Positions 41,435 through 52,474 are shown, numbered from the stretch's first letter. The stretch: DNA of 64,000 nt from an uncultured Sphingomonadaceae bacterium (GCA_937873035.1 CALMVA010000083.1:18884-82883); one strand, 5' to 3'. Numbers and translations: made by a program. Notes: generated from the letters alone by a model not told the origin.

Positions 41435-41760
41435 ATGGCGCGACACTATCCACATCGGCAGTTCAGCCGAACGCACCGGAACAAGCGAGCGGCTCAACCG
41501 GAAACAATATTTGAGGCGGCCACGCGATATGGAATGATCGCCGTGGCATCTGGCTTGATTATCGCCTTGGGAATGACTGTTTGGGAAAACGCGCAACGGC
41601 GACAGGCCGTGCTTGATGCCCTGCCACCGGGATATGAATATGCAGGCTGTGATGACGTGCGCGCGACTGGTGTGGCCCCTCTTTATCGCCATGAACGCGG
41701 ATTTTCAGAACGGCTTGAGGGAGATGGCGCCGGAATGGGTTGCGACCCATACCGGGGGCA
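41435..41760 (+). pseudogene. Excalibur Ca-binding-domain gene, degenerate or read-through
   Basis: TM then YAGCDDVRATGVAPLYRHERGFSERLEGDGAGMGCDPYR. The DxDxDG acidic residues are degraded and the ORF runs on about 200 bp antisense into the next gene. Confidence 0.5.
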
Positions 41761-41857
41761 ATGCCCCGCCAGTTCCGGCGGGGCAAACCCCCACAACCCC
41801 CTGCCTGGCATATGCGCGGGATGGACGGATGATCCCGCCCGCCGATCGGGCCGAGGC

Positions 41858-42721
41858 TCACTCTTCTACTTTTGCCATCACCCGCAGGATGTGCCAGCCC
41901 TTTGCGTCATTTCCTTCACGCAATGCGCCAAAAGGCGGATCGAAAGTGCGGGGCAACGCGTCGGTGCAAAAATCTCCGGCGAACCGGTCGCTGCCGCGTT
42001 GCTGCTCGAATACGCAGCTGCCAAGCTTTCCATCCGGCGTGACGGTAAAGCGGTGAACATATAAACCGCGCTGAACATATCCGGCCATGGGCGCCAGTGC
42101 GCGCGCGCGAAACGCCTCTGTAAACGCGTCAGCCGATTGAAGTTCGACTATCGCCGCGGCACCCTTCGCCCCGCCCCTCAGTTCCAGTGCGATTTCACGC
42201 GGCATGGATTTCTGCAAGATATAGCACGAGCCCTCGCTCAATGACTCATGATCGGCAGGCTCACGAGCCCCCTCCTTGCACGACAGGATTTGTCCGGCCG
42301 GGTCGATGATCATCACCAATGATGAAGATGCTTCCGTGATGGGCGGCAGGGCGCCGCCGGGCAAGCGCCAGACAACGCGACTGGCATAGACGCCGCCAGC
42401 GGGCTTGCCGCGCGCGGCCTTGGCCGGTGTGAAGCGCGCATTGGCCATCAGACGATCACAGGCGGCCTTGTCCAAAACGTCAAAACCACTGCTCTGTGTG
42501 ATCTCGCACCGCTCTGCCTTGCCCGATGCATCGACTGTCAACCTGAAGGCAGTGGCACCCTCCATTCGAAACCGCACCGCAGCAGCCGGGTAGTCATCTG
42601 TCCCAAGCCAGTCGCCGGGCGATCCGATCGGCACCGGCCCCGATGCTGCGGGAGCGGCAGCGGCAGCCGTTGCGCCAGAAAGCGCGACAATCATCGTCAA
42701 AATGGCTTTGGAAACTCTCAC
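41858..42721 (-). CDS. Secreted TonB C-terminal-domain protein
   Basis: Signal peptide, DDYPAAA…GATAFRLTVDASGKAERCEITQSSGFDVLDKAAC…ARFTPA. Confidence 0.8.
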   Translation of the reverse strand: MRVSKAILTMIVALSGATAAAAAPAASGPVPIGSPGDWLGTDDYPAAAVRFRMEGATAFRLTVDASGKAERCEITQSSGFDVLDKAACDRLMANARFTPAKAARGKPAGGVYASRVVWRLPGGALPPITEASSSLVMIIDPAGQILSCKEGAREPADHESLSEGSCYILQKSMPREIALELRGGAKGAAAIVELQSADAFTEAFRARALAPMAGYVQRGLYVHRFTVTPDGKLGSCVFEQQRGSDRFAGDFCTDALPRTFDPPFGALREGNDAKGWHILRVMAKVEE

Positions 42722-42797
42722 CTTCTTCTCCCTGCCGACATCAACCGGACATAAACTTTATGCCAGAAATCCGCTAAATTCAGTCTTGCCTTGCTCG

Positions 42798-44888
42798 CTA
42801 AGGCGCCGCCTTTTCCTTGGGGCGATCCGCTGCGGGCGCTGCAAGACACGGCACCTGGTCTGCGGTCCAGTCCAGATCATATGTTGCCGGAACCTGCCCA
42901 TTGTTAGGCGGCGGCTCTTGTCCGGCTGGGTCATAGAAAATCCACGCCATACTGTTGTCGAAACGCGCAATCCCGGCATTGTCCTGCTGCGCGCTTGCGG
43001 CATCAATCTCCTGCTTTTCGACGCGGGAACCACGCACCATCCTGATTGCGCCCTCGCGCAGTTCGATGGCGCGATAATAGTTTCTCCCGAATAAGCGCGT
43101 GTCATAGCTCTTTTTGAACGACCATTGGCGCGACCGGGTTTCAACCGGCAGCCTTATCGTCGTAACGCGGCAGTTAAATTCAGGCTTATTGGAATAAGGC
43201 GCGTCCTTGTCCTGATCTGCGGGTCTTGCCCTGCGTTCAGGCGGGCTGAAACCGCCACCGGGAAGAGCGTATGATTTTGCCCCATCGCCATCATCCTGCC
43301 AATCAATCGTCCCCGACCCTGTGATCTTGAGCACGCTTGCACGCGCCTTTTCGTCATAGCGCCACTGCACATTATCAACCGATTGCCAAAGGTCGCCGGT
43401 CATCTGCTGGCGGAAAATCCCCTCAAGTTCGCTCGGCACCAAGCCTGAATATAGGGCATAATTCCGCAACCCATCAATGCCGCGCGTAATGGTGGTGCTT
43501 GTGATTTTGGCAGGCTGGGCAAAGCCTGCACGCGCATCAATTTCATACAAGGTAATCTCATCGGGCTGCTTTGCAGGCACCCAGCCCAGACCTTGTAACG
43601 CCTCGCCACGCGCGCTCAGCGGCAAAAGCCATTTATAAGGAACAACCGGCTCCACGCTTGGGGGCGCAACCGGAGGGAGCGTTCCATCGAGATAATATGT
43701 GGCGTCGCCGATCCGCGCGCGAACGAGAACATGGTCAAAAAGGCCGGGATTTGGCAGTCGCTCATCAAGGCCATCATCTGCGCCGGTGTTGCTCGCCAGA
43801 ACGGCCTCCCCTTCGATCCCCATTTCGGAAAGCAGGGCCAGCAGCAGAACCGTCTTCGCCTTGCAGTCGCCAAAGCGCCGCTGCCATGTTTCATCCGCTG
43901 GGGCCGGCTTCAGATTGCCCCCGTTCAGCCCCACAAAAATATATCGGACATCCTGTTGCACAAGCTTGAGAGCGGCCTTGGCCCTATCAAGCGGCGTTAC
44001 ATTCGCGGCCATGACGCGCCGCGCCTCGGCCTTGAGCGGAGATCGCCCGGCAATTTCACCCGCCTTCACGTATAGCGGCCAGAAATGCCGAGATACGGCG
44101 GCCCAGTCTGCAAAGTCACTATATTCGACGGTGCGCTGCCATTGATAGCGCGCGGGCGCATCTTTGGGCGGCATGAGTGGCTTTGGGTTGTCGAACAAAA
44201 ACTCGACCGAATGCTCCCCCTTCCTGGCCGATGTGGTCATATCAGGCGACATCTTGATATGCGGCGGCTGGTTTTGTGACCAGCTGAGGCCAATCCGCAC
44301 GCGCCCCTGTGGCGGAGTTGGGCCGATAAGCATCACGCCCGCGTCATTCTGTCCGAGATTGGGATCGCGCGTCGAAGTTGTGAACTCAACCTCAATTTCG
44401 TCGCCAACCCGCAGGTCGGGCACATGGAGAATGGCGGTCAAAAGACCCGTCAACATCCCGGTTTCAAGCTGATCTTCGCGCCGCAAAATTTCAAAGGACG
44501 CCTTTTTCAGAACGTCGATTGCCTCGCCCTGCCGATAAATCTTCACCGCGTGCACCAACGGTGCCCCGGCAGCCGGGTTCCAGCGAATTGCAACATTGCC
44601 GATCTGCAGCCCGTTCTGATGCAGAATTTTGATACGCGACCCGGTATATTGAAACTGGCCATCGTCGTTGAGATGCACCAGAATATCCTGCCTGCGCAGA
44701 AAGACGAGGCCTGCCGCATCGTCTGGAACGGGTAACAGATCAGAGCGAACGACCCAATCGGGCACAGGCCCATTCTTAACCTCGGCCACCTGTGCAGCCG
44801 CTGGGGACGCGGCGATTGAAACAGCCGACAATAGAAATTGAATGAGCTTCAAAATGCCTTCCCTAATATTTGGCCTAATCGTGGTCAT
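42798..44888 (-). CDS. DUF3857 / transglutaminase-like domain protein
   Basis: LHVPDLRVGDEIE, VQQDVRY, RFGDCKAKTVLL (Cys), FDHVLV (His); start uncertain. Confidence 0.82.
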   Translation of the reverse strand: MTTIRPNIREGILKLIQFLLSAVSIAASPAAAQVAEVKNGPVPDWVVRSDLLPVPDDAAGLVFLRRQDILVHLNDDGQFQYTGSRIKILHQNGLQIGNVAIRWNPAAGAPLVHAVKIYRQGEAIDVLKKASFEILRREDQLETGMLTGLLTAILHVPDLRVGDEIEVEFTTSTRDPNLGQNDAGVMLIGPTPPQGRVRIGLSWSQNQPPHIKMSPDMTTSARKGEHSVEFLFDNPKPLMPPKDAPARYQWQRTVEYSDFADWAAVSRHFWPLYVKAGEIAGRSPLKAEARRVMAANVTPLDRAKAALKLVQQDVRYIFVGLNGGNLKPAPADETWQRRFGDCKAKTVLLLALLSEMGIEGEAVLASNTGADDGLDERLPNPGLFDHVLVRARIGDATYYLDGTLPPVAPPSVEPVVPYKWLLPLSARGEALQGLGWVPAKQPDEITLYEIDARAGFAQPAKITSTTITRGIDGLRNYALYSGLVPSELEGIFRQQMTGDLWQSVDNVQWRYDEKARASVLKITGSGTIDWQDDGDGAKSYALPGGGFSPPERRARPADQDKDAPYSNKPEFNCRVTTIRLPVETRSRQWSFKKSYDTRLFGRNYYRAIELREGAIRMVRGSRVEKQEIDAASAQQDNAGIARFDNSMAWIFYDPAGQEPPPNNGQVPATYDLDWTADQVPCLAAPAADRPKEKAAP

Positions 44889-45075
44889 TCTCCACGCTTA
44901 TAGCAATAGGAGACTCCACTTATTCACGCCATGCGCAAAAGGCATTGCGCGCAAGCCGATGGCATGGCGACGAAGAGGCGCGCAGGGGGAGAGGGTGATT
45001 ACTTCACCAAAATCGACAAGATCGTAATACAGCCATCGCCCCTGTAGCGGGGATCATGAAGCATGGCTGAGAAAA

Positions 45076-45152
45076 TGGTCGGGGAGAGAGGATTCGAACC
45101 TCCGGCCCCTGCCTCCCGAAGACAGTGCTCTACCAGGCTGAGCTACTCCCCG
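45076..45152 (-). tRNA. tRNA-Pro (CGG)
   Basis: Minus strand CGGGGAGTAGCTCAGCCTGGTAGAGCACTGTCTTCGGGAGGCAGGGGCCGGAGGTTCGAATCCTCTCTCCCCGACCA; full cloverleaf with CCA. Confidence 0.97.
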
Positions 45153-45346
45153 ACGCATGAATCGGGTGTTGACCCGATGAAGGCAGAGCGGCCCCTTAGC
45201 GGGGCATTTCGCGCGCGACAAGGGCCAGAGATGAAAAAGCCGGTGAAGAAAAAGCGCACACGTGCCGGCCGCAAACGGAAATCTCGACAGAGCGCACCCA
45301 TTCCCCTAACCGCGCCCCAACGTAAATTTCGCGTAAAGGGGTGTTT

Positions 45347-46282
45347 ATGCGCGCATTCATCTTTCCGGGTCAGGGCAGCCAGTCGGTCGGCATGGGCAAG
45401 GCGCTGGCCGAATCCAGTGCTGCGGCCCGTGCGGTCTTCCAGGAGGTCGACGAGGCGCTTGGGCAGAATCTGTTCAAGCTCATGACCGAAGGGCCGGAGG
45501 ACGCCCTGACGCTGACGGAGAACGCCCAGCCCGCAATCATGGCCAACGCCATCGCCACCTTGCGCGTCGTCGAGCAGGAAGGCGGCATCCGTCTGGCCGA
45601 CAAGGCTGATTTCGTCGCGGGCCACAGTCTTGGCGAATATACCGCCTTGTGCGCAGCAGGCGCGCTTGACCTTGCAACGACAGCCAAACTCCTCAAGCTG
45701 CGCGGGCAGGCGATGCAGGCGGCAACGCCGGTCGGCACCGGCGCGATGGCGGCGCTTCTCGGTGCTGACATCGAAAAGGCGCAGGCCTTGGCGGATGCGG
45801 CAGCACAGGGCGATGTTTGCACCGTTGCCAATGACAATGATCCCTCGCAAGTCGTGATCTCAGGCCACAAGGCGGCGATCGAGCGCGCGGTTGAACTGGT
45901 GAAGGAGCACGGCATCAAGCGCGGTGTGCTGCTGCCCGTCTCAGCCCCCTTCCACTGCCCGCTGATGCAGCCCGCCGCCGATGCCATGGCAGAAGCACTG
46001 GCGTCAGCGACGCTTCAGGCCCCGCTCGTGCCGGTTTACGCCAATGTGACCGCGGCACCCGTTATCGATGCGGACACGATCAAGTCGCTGCTCGTCGAGC
46101 AAGTGACGGGGCGTGTGCGCTGGCGCGAATCGGTGATCGCGATGTTTGCAGCGGGCGTGCATGATTATGTCGAGTTTGGCGGCAAGGTGCTGGCTGCGAT
46201 GGTCAAACGCTCCGCCCCCGATGCAAACGCTGTCAGCATCGTGACGATGGACGACATCGAAACTCTGGTGAAAGGGTTTTAG
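45347..46282 (+). CDS. fabD: Malonyl-CoA:ACP transacylase
   Basis: FPGQGSQ, TENAQPA, AGHSLGEY, VSAPFH. Confidence 0.96.
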   Translation: MRAFIFPGQGSQSVGMGKALAESSAAARAVFQEVDEALGQNLFKLMTEGPEDALTLTENAQPAIMANAIATLRVVEQEGGIRLADKADFVAGHSLGEYTALCAAGALDLATTAKLLKLRGQAMQAATPVGTGAMAALLGADIEKAQALADAAAQGDVCTVANDNDPSQVVISGHKAAIERAVELVKEHGIKRGVLLPVSAPFHCPLMQPAADAMAEALASATLQAPLVPVYANVTAAPVIDADTIKSLLVEQVTGRVRWRESVIAMFAAGVHDYVEFGGKVLAAMVKRSAPDANAVSIVTMDDIETLVKGF

Positions 46283-46332
46283 GGTTCGCGCCCCCGGCGC
46301 CTCCGCGTAAATCAGATTTCAGGGAGTATGGA

Positions 46333-47076
46333 ATGATGTTCGACCTTACAGGAATGACCGCGCTTGTGACGGGCGCTTCGGGCGGGATCGGCTCGGCGAT
46401 TGCGAAGGCGCTTGTTGAGCGCGGCGCGAAGGTGGCGCTTTCGGGCACGCGCGAAGATGCGCTCAAGGCCGTGCAGGCCGACATTGGCGGTGATACCGTT
46501 ATCCTGCCGTGCAACCTCGGCGATGCCGCCGCCGTCGAGGCGCTGGTGCCTGCCGCCATCGAAGCCTTGGGCGGCAAGCTCGACATTCTCGTCAACAATG
46601 CAGGCGTAACGCGCGACGGCCTGATCCTGCGCATGAAGGATGATGATTGGGCAGACGTCATCCGTATCAACCTTGAAGCCGCCTTCCGCCTGTGCCGCGC
46701 CGCTGCCAAGCCGATGATGAAAGCGCGCTTTGGCCGCATCATCTCGGTCACGAGCGTCGTCGGCGTCACGGGTAATCCGGGCCAGTCGAACTATGCCGCG
46801 TCCAAGGCGGGCATCATCGGAATGTCGAAGAGCCTCGCGCAGGAACTGGCAAGCCGCGGCATCACCGTAAACTGCATCGCGCCGGGCTTCATCTCTTCCG
46901 CGATGACCGACGTGCTGCCGGACGCGCAAAAAGAAGCACTCAATGCGCGTATTCCAGCGGGCAAAATGGGCGAAGGCGCCGATATTGCCGCTGCCGCCGT
47001 CTATCTCGCCAGCAAGGATGCCGGTTATGTGACGGGTCAGACCCTGCACGTAAATGGCGGAATGGCGATGATTTGA
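46333..47076 (+). CDS. fabG: 3-oxoacyl-ACP reductase
   Basis: TGASGGIG, NNAGVTRD, NYAASK, NCIAPGFI; in the fab cluster. Confidence 0.95.
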   Translation: MMFDLTGMTALVTGASGGIGSAIAKALVERGAKVALSGTREDALKAVQADIGGDTVILPCNLGDAAAVEALVPAAIEALGGKLDILVNNAGVTRDGLILRMKDDDWADVIRINLEAAFRLCRAAAKPMMKARFGRIISVTSVVGVTGNPGQSNYAASKAGIIGMSKSLAQELASRGITVNCIAPGFISSAMTDVLPDAQKEALNARIPAGKMGEGADIAAAAVYLASKDAGYVTGQTLHVNGGMAMI

Positions 47077-47213
47077 CCATATCAGCGCGACAAGCTGCAC
47101 AGGTGATCCACACGCCTTTGGCGTTTTGCGTCACCATAGGGCTTGCATCGCCATTGTTGGCCCATTAGGGCTTCATCGAAATATTGCTCACACATGAACG
47201 AGAAGGGTTATCC

Positions 47214-47450
47214 ATGAGCGACACCGCCGACCGCGTTAAGAAGATCGTCGTCGAGCACCTCGGCGTCGAGGCCGACAAGGTGACTGAAGAAGCGAGCTTC
47301 ATCGACGATCTGGGCGCGGACAGCCTCGACATCGTCGAACTGGTCATGGCGTTCGAAGAAGAATTCGGCGTCGAAATCCCCGATGATGCTGCCGAAAAGA
47401 TTTCGACCGTCAAGGACGCGATCGCTTACATCGACAGCAACAAGGGCTGA
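47214..47450 (+). CDS. acpP: Acyl carrier protein
   Basis: [20 protein letters not shown]. Confidence 0.97.
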   Translation: MSDTADRVKKIVVEHLGVEADKVTEEASFIDDLGADSLDIVELVMAFEEEFGVEIPDDAAEKISTVKDAIAYIDSNKG

Positions 47451-47550
47451 TCGACGCGAGGCCGAGTTGCCTTGAACGAATCGCTGTTATCGAAGACGGT
47501 TTCCGGCACGTTCGGGAGCCGTTTTTGATTCTGGAAAACAGGAGCCGCTT

Positions 47551-48807
47551 ATGCGCCGCGTAGTTGTCACCGGTCTGGGTCTCGTCACCCCGCTGGGAGC
47601 CGATGTAGAAACCACCTGGGCCAATCTGATTGCCGGAAAATCCGGCGCAGGCCTCATCACGCGCTTCGACGCGTCGAACCAGAAGTGCCTCATCGCGTGC
47701 GAAGTGAAGGCCAAGGATCATCCCTGGGGTTTTGACCCCGACAAGCGGGTGGACCACAAGATCCAGCGTCAGGTCGATCCGTTCATCGTCTATGGCATCG
47801 ATGCCGCCGGTCAGGCGATTGAAGACGCCGGGCTGACCGACATGAGCGATGACCTCAAGATGCGCACCGGCTGCTCGATCGGCTCCGGCATTGGCGGGCT
47901 GCCGGGCATTGAGAGCGAGTCGATCGTGCTCCACGAAAAAGGCCCAAGCCGCGTTTCGCCGCACTTCGTCCATGGCCGCCTCATCAACCTCATCTCCGGT
48001 CAGGTCAGCATCAAATACGGCCTGATGGGGCCCAACCACGCCGTTGTCACCGCCTGCTCGACGGGCGCACACTCGATTGGCGATGCCGCACGCATGATCC
48101 GCGACGGCGATGCAGACATCATGCTGGCGGGCGGCGCTGAAGGCACGATCAACCCGCTGGGTGTTGCGGGCTTTGCGCAGGCGCGCGCGCTCAATTGCAG
48201 CTATAATGACCGGCCCGAACAGGCGAGCCGCCCCTATGACAAGGATCGTGACGGCTTTGTGATGGGCGAAGGCGCAGGCGTCGTCGTGCTCGAAGAATAT
48301 GAACACGCCAAGGCGCGCGGCGCGAAGATCTATGCCGAAGTCGTCGGCTATGGCCTGTCGGGCGATGCCTATCACGTGACGGCCCCACATCCTGAAGGCA
48401 AGGGCGCGGAACTCGCGATGCGCATGGCGATGAAGAAGGCCGGAATGGAGCCGGGTGATATTGACTATGTCAATGCCCATGGCACCTCGACCATGGCCGA
48501 CACGATTGAACTCGGCGCAGTCAAGCGGGTGCTGGGCGATGATCTGGGCGGCGCCTCGATGAGCAGCACCAAATCGGCCATCGGGCATCTCCTCGGCGGC
48601 GCGGGCGCGGTGGAAGCCATCTTCTGCATCCTTGCCATCCGCGACCAGATCGTGCCGCCGACGCTCAACCTCGACAATCCCGATGAGGGCACCGAGGGCG
48701 TCGATCTTGTGCCGCACGTCGCCAAGAAGCGCGCAGTGAAAGCCGTGCTCAACAACAGCTTCGGCTTTGGCGGCACCAATGCCTCGCTGGTGATGAAGGC
48801 GGTTTGA
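47551..48807 (+). CDS. fabF: 3-oxoacyl-ACP synthase II
   Basis: RRVVVTGLG, TACSTG, NAHGTST, GHLLGGAG, NSFGFGGTN. Confidence 0.97.
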   Translation: MRRVVVTGLGLVTPLGADVETTWANLIAGKSGAGLITRFDASNQKCLIACEVKAKDHPWGFDPDKRVDHKIQRQVDPFIVYGIDAAGQAIEDAGLTDMSDDLKMRTGCSIGSGIGGLPGIESESIVLHEKGPSRVSPHFVHGRLINLISGQVSIKYGLMGPNHAVVTACSTGAHSIGDAARMIRDGDADIMLAGGAEGTINPLGVAGFAQARALNCSYNDRPEQASRPYDKDRDGFVMGEGAGVVVLEEYEHAKARGAKIYAEVVGYGLSGDAYHVTAPHPEGKGAELAMRMAMKKAGMEPGDIDYVNAHGTSTMADTIELGAVKRVLGDDLGGASMSSTKSAIGHLLGGAGAVEAIFCILAIRDQIVPPTLNLDNPDEGTEGVDLVPHVAKKRAVKAVLNNSFGFGGTNASLVMKAV

Positions 48808-48843
48808 TCGACTCCGGACACTGCCTGAACGGATGGTGACCTG

Positions 48844-49779
48844 ATGGGCCGTCAACTATTGGTGCTTGTGCTGGCCCTGCTCCTTGCCGCCTGTGGGGGG
48901 CGGGCCGACAAGGATGTGTCGGTCGTCATCGCGCCGGGATCGAGCCTCAAGGCAGCCGCGACCGCGCTTGAAGAGGCCGGTGCGGTGGAGTCCGCCTCCG
49001 GCTTTCTCAACCACGCCCGCATCTTCGGCGCATCAGACCCGATCAAGCCCGGCGAATATGAGATCAAGAAGGGCATGAGCGACGGCGATGTGCTGGCGCT
49101 GCTCCAATCGGGCAAGACACTCCAACGCTTTGTAATGGTGACGCCGGGGATGCCCTCTATCGTTGTGCAGGAACGGTTGATGGCGACGCCCTTCCTCACC
49201 GGCAGCGTCGATGTGCCCGCCGAAGGTTCGGTTCTGCCAGACAGCTATGCCTATACCCGCGGCGAGAAGCGCAGCGCGGTGCTGGCACGGATGCAGGAGG
49301 CGATGACACGCACGCTGGCAGAGCTTTGGGCGGCACGCTCGTCCGCCACGGTCGTCACTTCGCCGGAACAGGCGATTATTCTGGCTGGCATCGTCGAAAA
49401 GGAAACCGGCAAGGCGTCGGAACGCCGTCTTGTCGCGGGTGTCTATTCCAATCGCGTGCGCACAGGGATGCGGCTTCAGGCCGATCCCACGGTCATCTAC
49501 CCCGTCACCAGGGGCAAGCCGCTTGGCCGCCGTATCCTGCGCAGCGAGCTGACGGCGGACAATGGCTATAACACCTATGCCCGTGCCGGGCTGCCCGTTG
49601 GCCCCATCACCAATCCGGGTAAGGCTTCTATTGAGGCTGTGCTCAGCCCCGCCCCGACGCGCTACGTCTATTTCGTGGCAGATGGCACGGGCGGCCATGT
49701 GTTTGCCGAGACGCTTGCCGAGCACAATGCCAACGTCGCCAAATGGTATGCCATCCGTCGCCAGCGCGGCGAAATGTAG
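48844..49779 (+). CDS. mltG: Endolytic transglycosylase MltG
   Basis: GIVEKET, MRLQADPT, YNTY…GLPVGPI, YFVADGTGGH. Confidence 0.93.
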   Translation: MGRQLLVLVLALLLAACGGRADKDVSVVIAPGSSLKAAATALEEAGAVESASGFLNHARIFGASDPIKPGEYEIKKGMSDGDVLALLQSGKTLQRFVMVTPGMPSIVVQERLMATPFLTGSVDVPAEGSVLPDSYAYTRGEKRSAVLARMQEAMTRTLAELWAARSSATVVTSPEQAIILAGIVEKETGKASERRLVAGVYSNRVRTGMRLQADPTVIYPVTRGKPLGRRILRSELTADNGYNTYARAGLPVGPITNPGKASIEAVLSPAPTRYVYFVADGTGGHVFAETLAEHNANVAKWYAIRRQRGEM

Positions 49780-49842
49780 CAACCCGAATAATCTTCCGCG
49801 ATTTCCGAGCCGTGCGGTGTTTTCACCGCACTCGAAATCGCT

Positions 49843-51429
49843 CTATTCCCCCACCGGGTGCGGCATTTGCCCCGGCGGGCCCTTGGGCGGTTTCATCAGC
49901 AGGATGAGCGGCATGAAGACGATGAGCAGCAGCATCATGAACTGGAAATTGTCGAGATAGGCAATCATCGCCGCCTGCCGCGTCACTTCCGCATTCATCA
50001 TGGCCATCACAACGTCACCAATCACCTGAAAGCGATCAATCGTCGATGGATCAACCGCCGACATTGAGGATGACGTGATGTGCGTCGCCAGATCTGAATG
50101 GCTCGTCTGGAGATTGCGCGCGAACATGGTCGACATGATCGAAATGCCGATGCTGCTGCCGATGGACCGGACGAGGTAGAGCAGGCTCGACCCATCGGTG
50201 CGATGGTGCATGGAGAGCGTCGCAAAGGCGAGGCTGTTCATCGGAATGAAGATGAAGCCCATGCCAAAGCCCTGCAACAGCCCGGTATAGAGCACAGGGT
50301 GCCAATCCATACCGAGGCTCCACTGCGTCATCTGCCAGAGCGAGATGATCGTGATGGCAAAGCCAAAGCCTACGGTGTATCGCGCATCCACCTTGCCCGC
50401 GAGGCGCGTGGCGATCTGCATCGCGGCCAAAATGCCTATGCCACGTGGCGCCAGCAACATCCCGGTATCAAACACGGTATAGCCGAACAGCGACTGGAGC
50501 ATGGGCGGCAGCAGCGCGAACACGCCATACATCATCACGCCGATCATCACCATGAAGACAAGCGCCGTCGCAAAATTGCGGTCCGTCACCAGTTCAGGAT
50601 CGAACATCGGCTTTTTGGTTGTCGCCTGATGGACGAAGAATATCCAGATCGCCGCGATGGCGACCAGCATCTCGATGCGGATTTCCCAGCTTTGAAGCCA
50701 GTCTTCATGCTGACCGCGATCGAGCATGAGCTGCAAGGTCGCAACGCCGATCGCAAGCGAGGCAAAGCCCAGCCCATCAAAATAACGCTTGTTGATGGGG
50801 CGGCTTGGCAGCAGCCAGATCAGGATCAGCACCGTCGGGATGCCGATGGGCAGGTTGATATAAAACACCCAGCGCCAGTTATAGCTCTCGGTCAGCCAGC
50901 CGCCGATCATCGGGCCGAAAATGGGCGCGACCATCACCCCCATGCCCCACATCGCCATTGCTTTTGGCGCGCGCTCAGGCGGGTTGATGTCGAGCAGGAT
51001 CGATTGCGAAAGCGGCGCGATGAACGCCGCACACACACCTTGCAGCACGCGGAATATGACCATCTCGGTCAGGTTGACAGAGATGCCGCACAGCATGGAT
51101 GTGATGATGAAACCGATGGTCGACCAGATGAAGAGCTTGCGAGAGCCGATACGGTCCGCCAGCCAGCCGGTGATCGGCATGACGACGGCACCTGCGACGA
51201 TATAGCTCGTCAGCACCCACATCACCGTATCCTGCGTCGCACCAAGGCTGGTTTGCATATGCGGGATGGCGACGTTGGCGATGGTTGAATCCAGAATCTG
51301 GATCATCGCTGCGCCCATGATGGCAAGCGTCAGCAGCCCCTTATTCTCCACCTGGAGATAGGGCTTGCCCGGCACCGCCACCGGACGCGGCGCAGGCGCG
51401 CTATTTGCTGGCTGTGTCGATGCGGACAT
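49843..51429 (-). CDS. DHA2 family MFS efflux subunit (EmrB-like)
   Basis: ILDSTIANVAIP, WVLTSY, GPMIGGWLT, WRWVFYINLP; 14-TM pattern. Confidence 0.92.
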   Translation of the reverse strand: MSASTQPANSAPAPRPVAVPGKPYLQVENKGLLTLAIMGAAMIQILDSTIANVAIPHMQTSLGATQDTVMWVLTSYIVAGAVVMPITGWLADRIGSRKLFIWSTIGFIITSMLCGISVNLTEMVIFRVLQGVCAAFIAPLSQSILLDINPPERAPKAMAMWGMGVMVAPIFGPMIGGWLTESYNWRWVFYINLPIGIPTVLILIWLLPSRPINKRYFDGLGFASLAIGVATLQLMLDRGQHEDWLQSWEIRIEMLVAIAAIWIFFVHQATTKKPMFDPELVTDRNFATALVFMVMIGVMMYGVFALLPPMLQSLFGYTVFDTGMLLAPRGIGILAAMQIATRLAGKVDARYTVGFGFAITIISLWQMTQWSLGMDWHPVLYTGLLQGFGMGFIFIPMNSLAFATLSMHHRTDGSSLLYLVRSIGSSIGISIMSTMFARNLQTSHSDLATHITSSSMSAVDPSTIDRFQVIGDVVMAMMNAEVTRQAAMIAYLDNFQFMMLLLIVFMPLILLMKPPKGPPGQMPHPVGE

Positions 51430-52474
51430 GAGTCGAAAGTCCGGCAAGCAGCGGGCGCGGCGACTTATCATCAATCGCAATGCGCACGGGGACGCGCTGG
51501 GTGACTTTCACCCAATTGCCATTGGCGTTCTGCGCCGGAAGAACCGAGAATTCAGACCCCGTTCCCGCACCAATGCTGGCGACATGGCCCTTCAATTTGA
51601 GCGAGGGATAGGCGTCAAAGCTGAGCGTCGCCGTCTGCCCGACCTTCATATGGTCAAGATCGGTTTCCTTGAAATTGGCCTCAACCCATGTGCCTGAATT
51701 GGCGACGATCGTTACCGCTGGCAGGCCAGACACCATCATCTGCCCGATCAGCAAACGGTCTGCCTGACTGATGATGCCCGAAACCGGCGCACGCACTTCG
51801 GTGCGGGAAAGATCGAGCAGCGATTTGCGCTTCTGCACCTGCGCTGCCAGCACCTGTGGATTGACGCCCGGCGCGGCACTGCCCGTCGCCAGCGCCGCGC
51901 GCGCCTTCAGCGCATCGGCCTCGGCATTGGCAAGCTTGGTGCGCGCAGCGGACAAGGCGTGTTCAGCCGCCTGCAACCGCGCCTTGGTGGTGAAGCCGGT
52001 ATCCATCAGCTTGGCCTGCCGATCATATTCCTTGGTGTAGAAATCCACATCCTGCCGTGCACCCACGATGTCGACGCCGCTCACCTGATAGGCCGTTTCC
52101 AGCCCGGTGAGCCGCGCCTGCGCGCCTGCAATCGTCGCATCTGCTTGCGCGGCGGCGATGCGATAAGGCTCAGGATCGATGCGGAACAGAAGGTCGCCCG
52201 CCTTCACGATCTGATTCTCATGCGCAGACACTTCGACGATGCGGCCATTCACCTCGGCCGACACCGACACCTTGTCCTGCTGGACATAGGCATTGTCGGT
52301 CGAGACATAATGGTCGTTCGCCACATAATAGGCCGTGCCTGCGCCAACGAGCAGCAGCGGCACCGAAACCATCAGCACCGGGCGCAGCCACTTCCTCTGC
52401 TTGCCTTGCGTGTGCACCTGGTCCTGCACCTGTGTTGCGCGTTCGCTCACGATCTGAGGATCCCGATCAGCCAT
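51401..52474 (-). CDS. HlyD-family membrane fusion protein (EmrA-like)
   Basis: STDNAYV, VKAGDLLFRID, NANGNWVKVTQRVPVRI. Confidence 0.92.
   Translation of the reverse strand: MADRDPQIVSERATQVQDQVHTQGKQRKWLRPVLMVSVPLLLVGAGTAYYVANDHYVSTDNAYVQQDKVSVSAEVNGRIVEVSAHENQIVKAGDLLFRIDPEPYRIAAAQADATIAGAQARLTGLETAYQVSGVDIVGARQDVDFYTKEYDRQAKLMDTGFTTKARLQAAEHALSAARTKLANAEADALKARAALATGSAAPGVNPQVLAAQVQKRKSLLDLSRTEVRAPVSGIISQADRLLIGQMMVSGLPAVTIVANSGTWVEANFKETDLDHMKVGQTATLSFDAYPSLKLKGHVASIGAGTGSEFSVLPAQNANGNWVKVTQRVPVRIAIDDKSPRPLLAGLSTHVRIDTASK

Noticed and set aside
45000-45076. Integrated element at tRNA-Pro
   Set aside because: No duplicated tRNA 3' end or integrase was seen; the tRNA is followed by an ordinary terminator-like hairpin.
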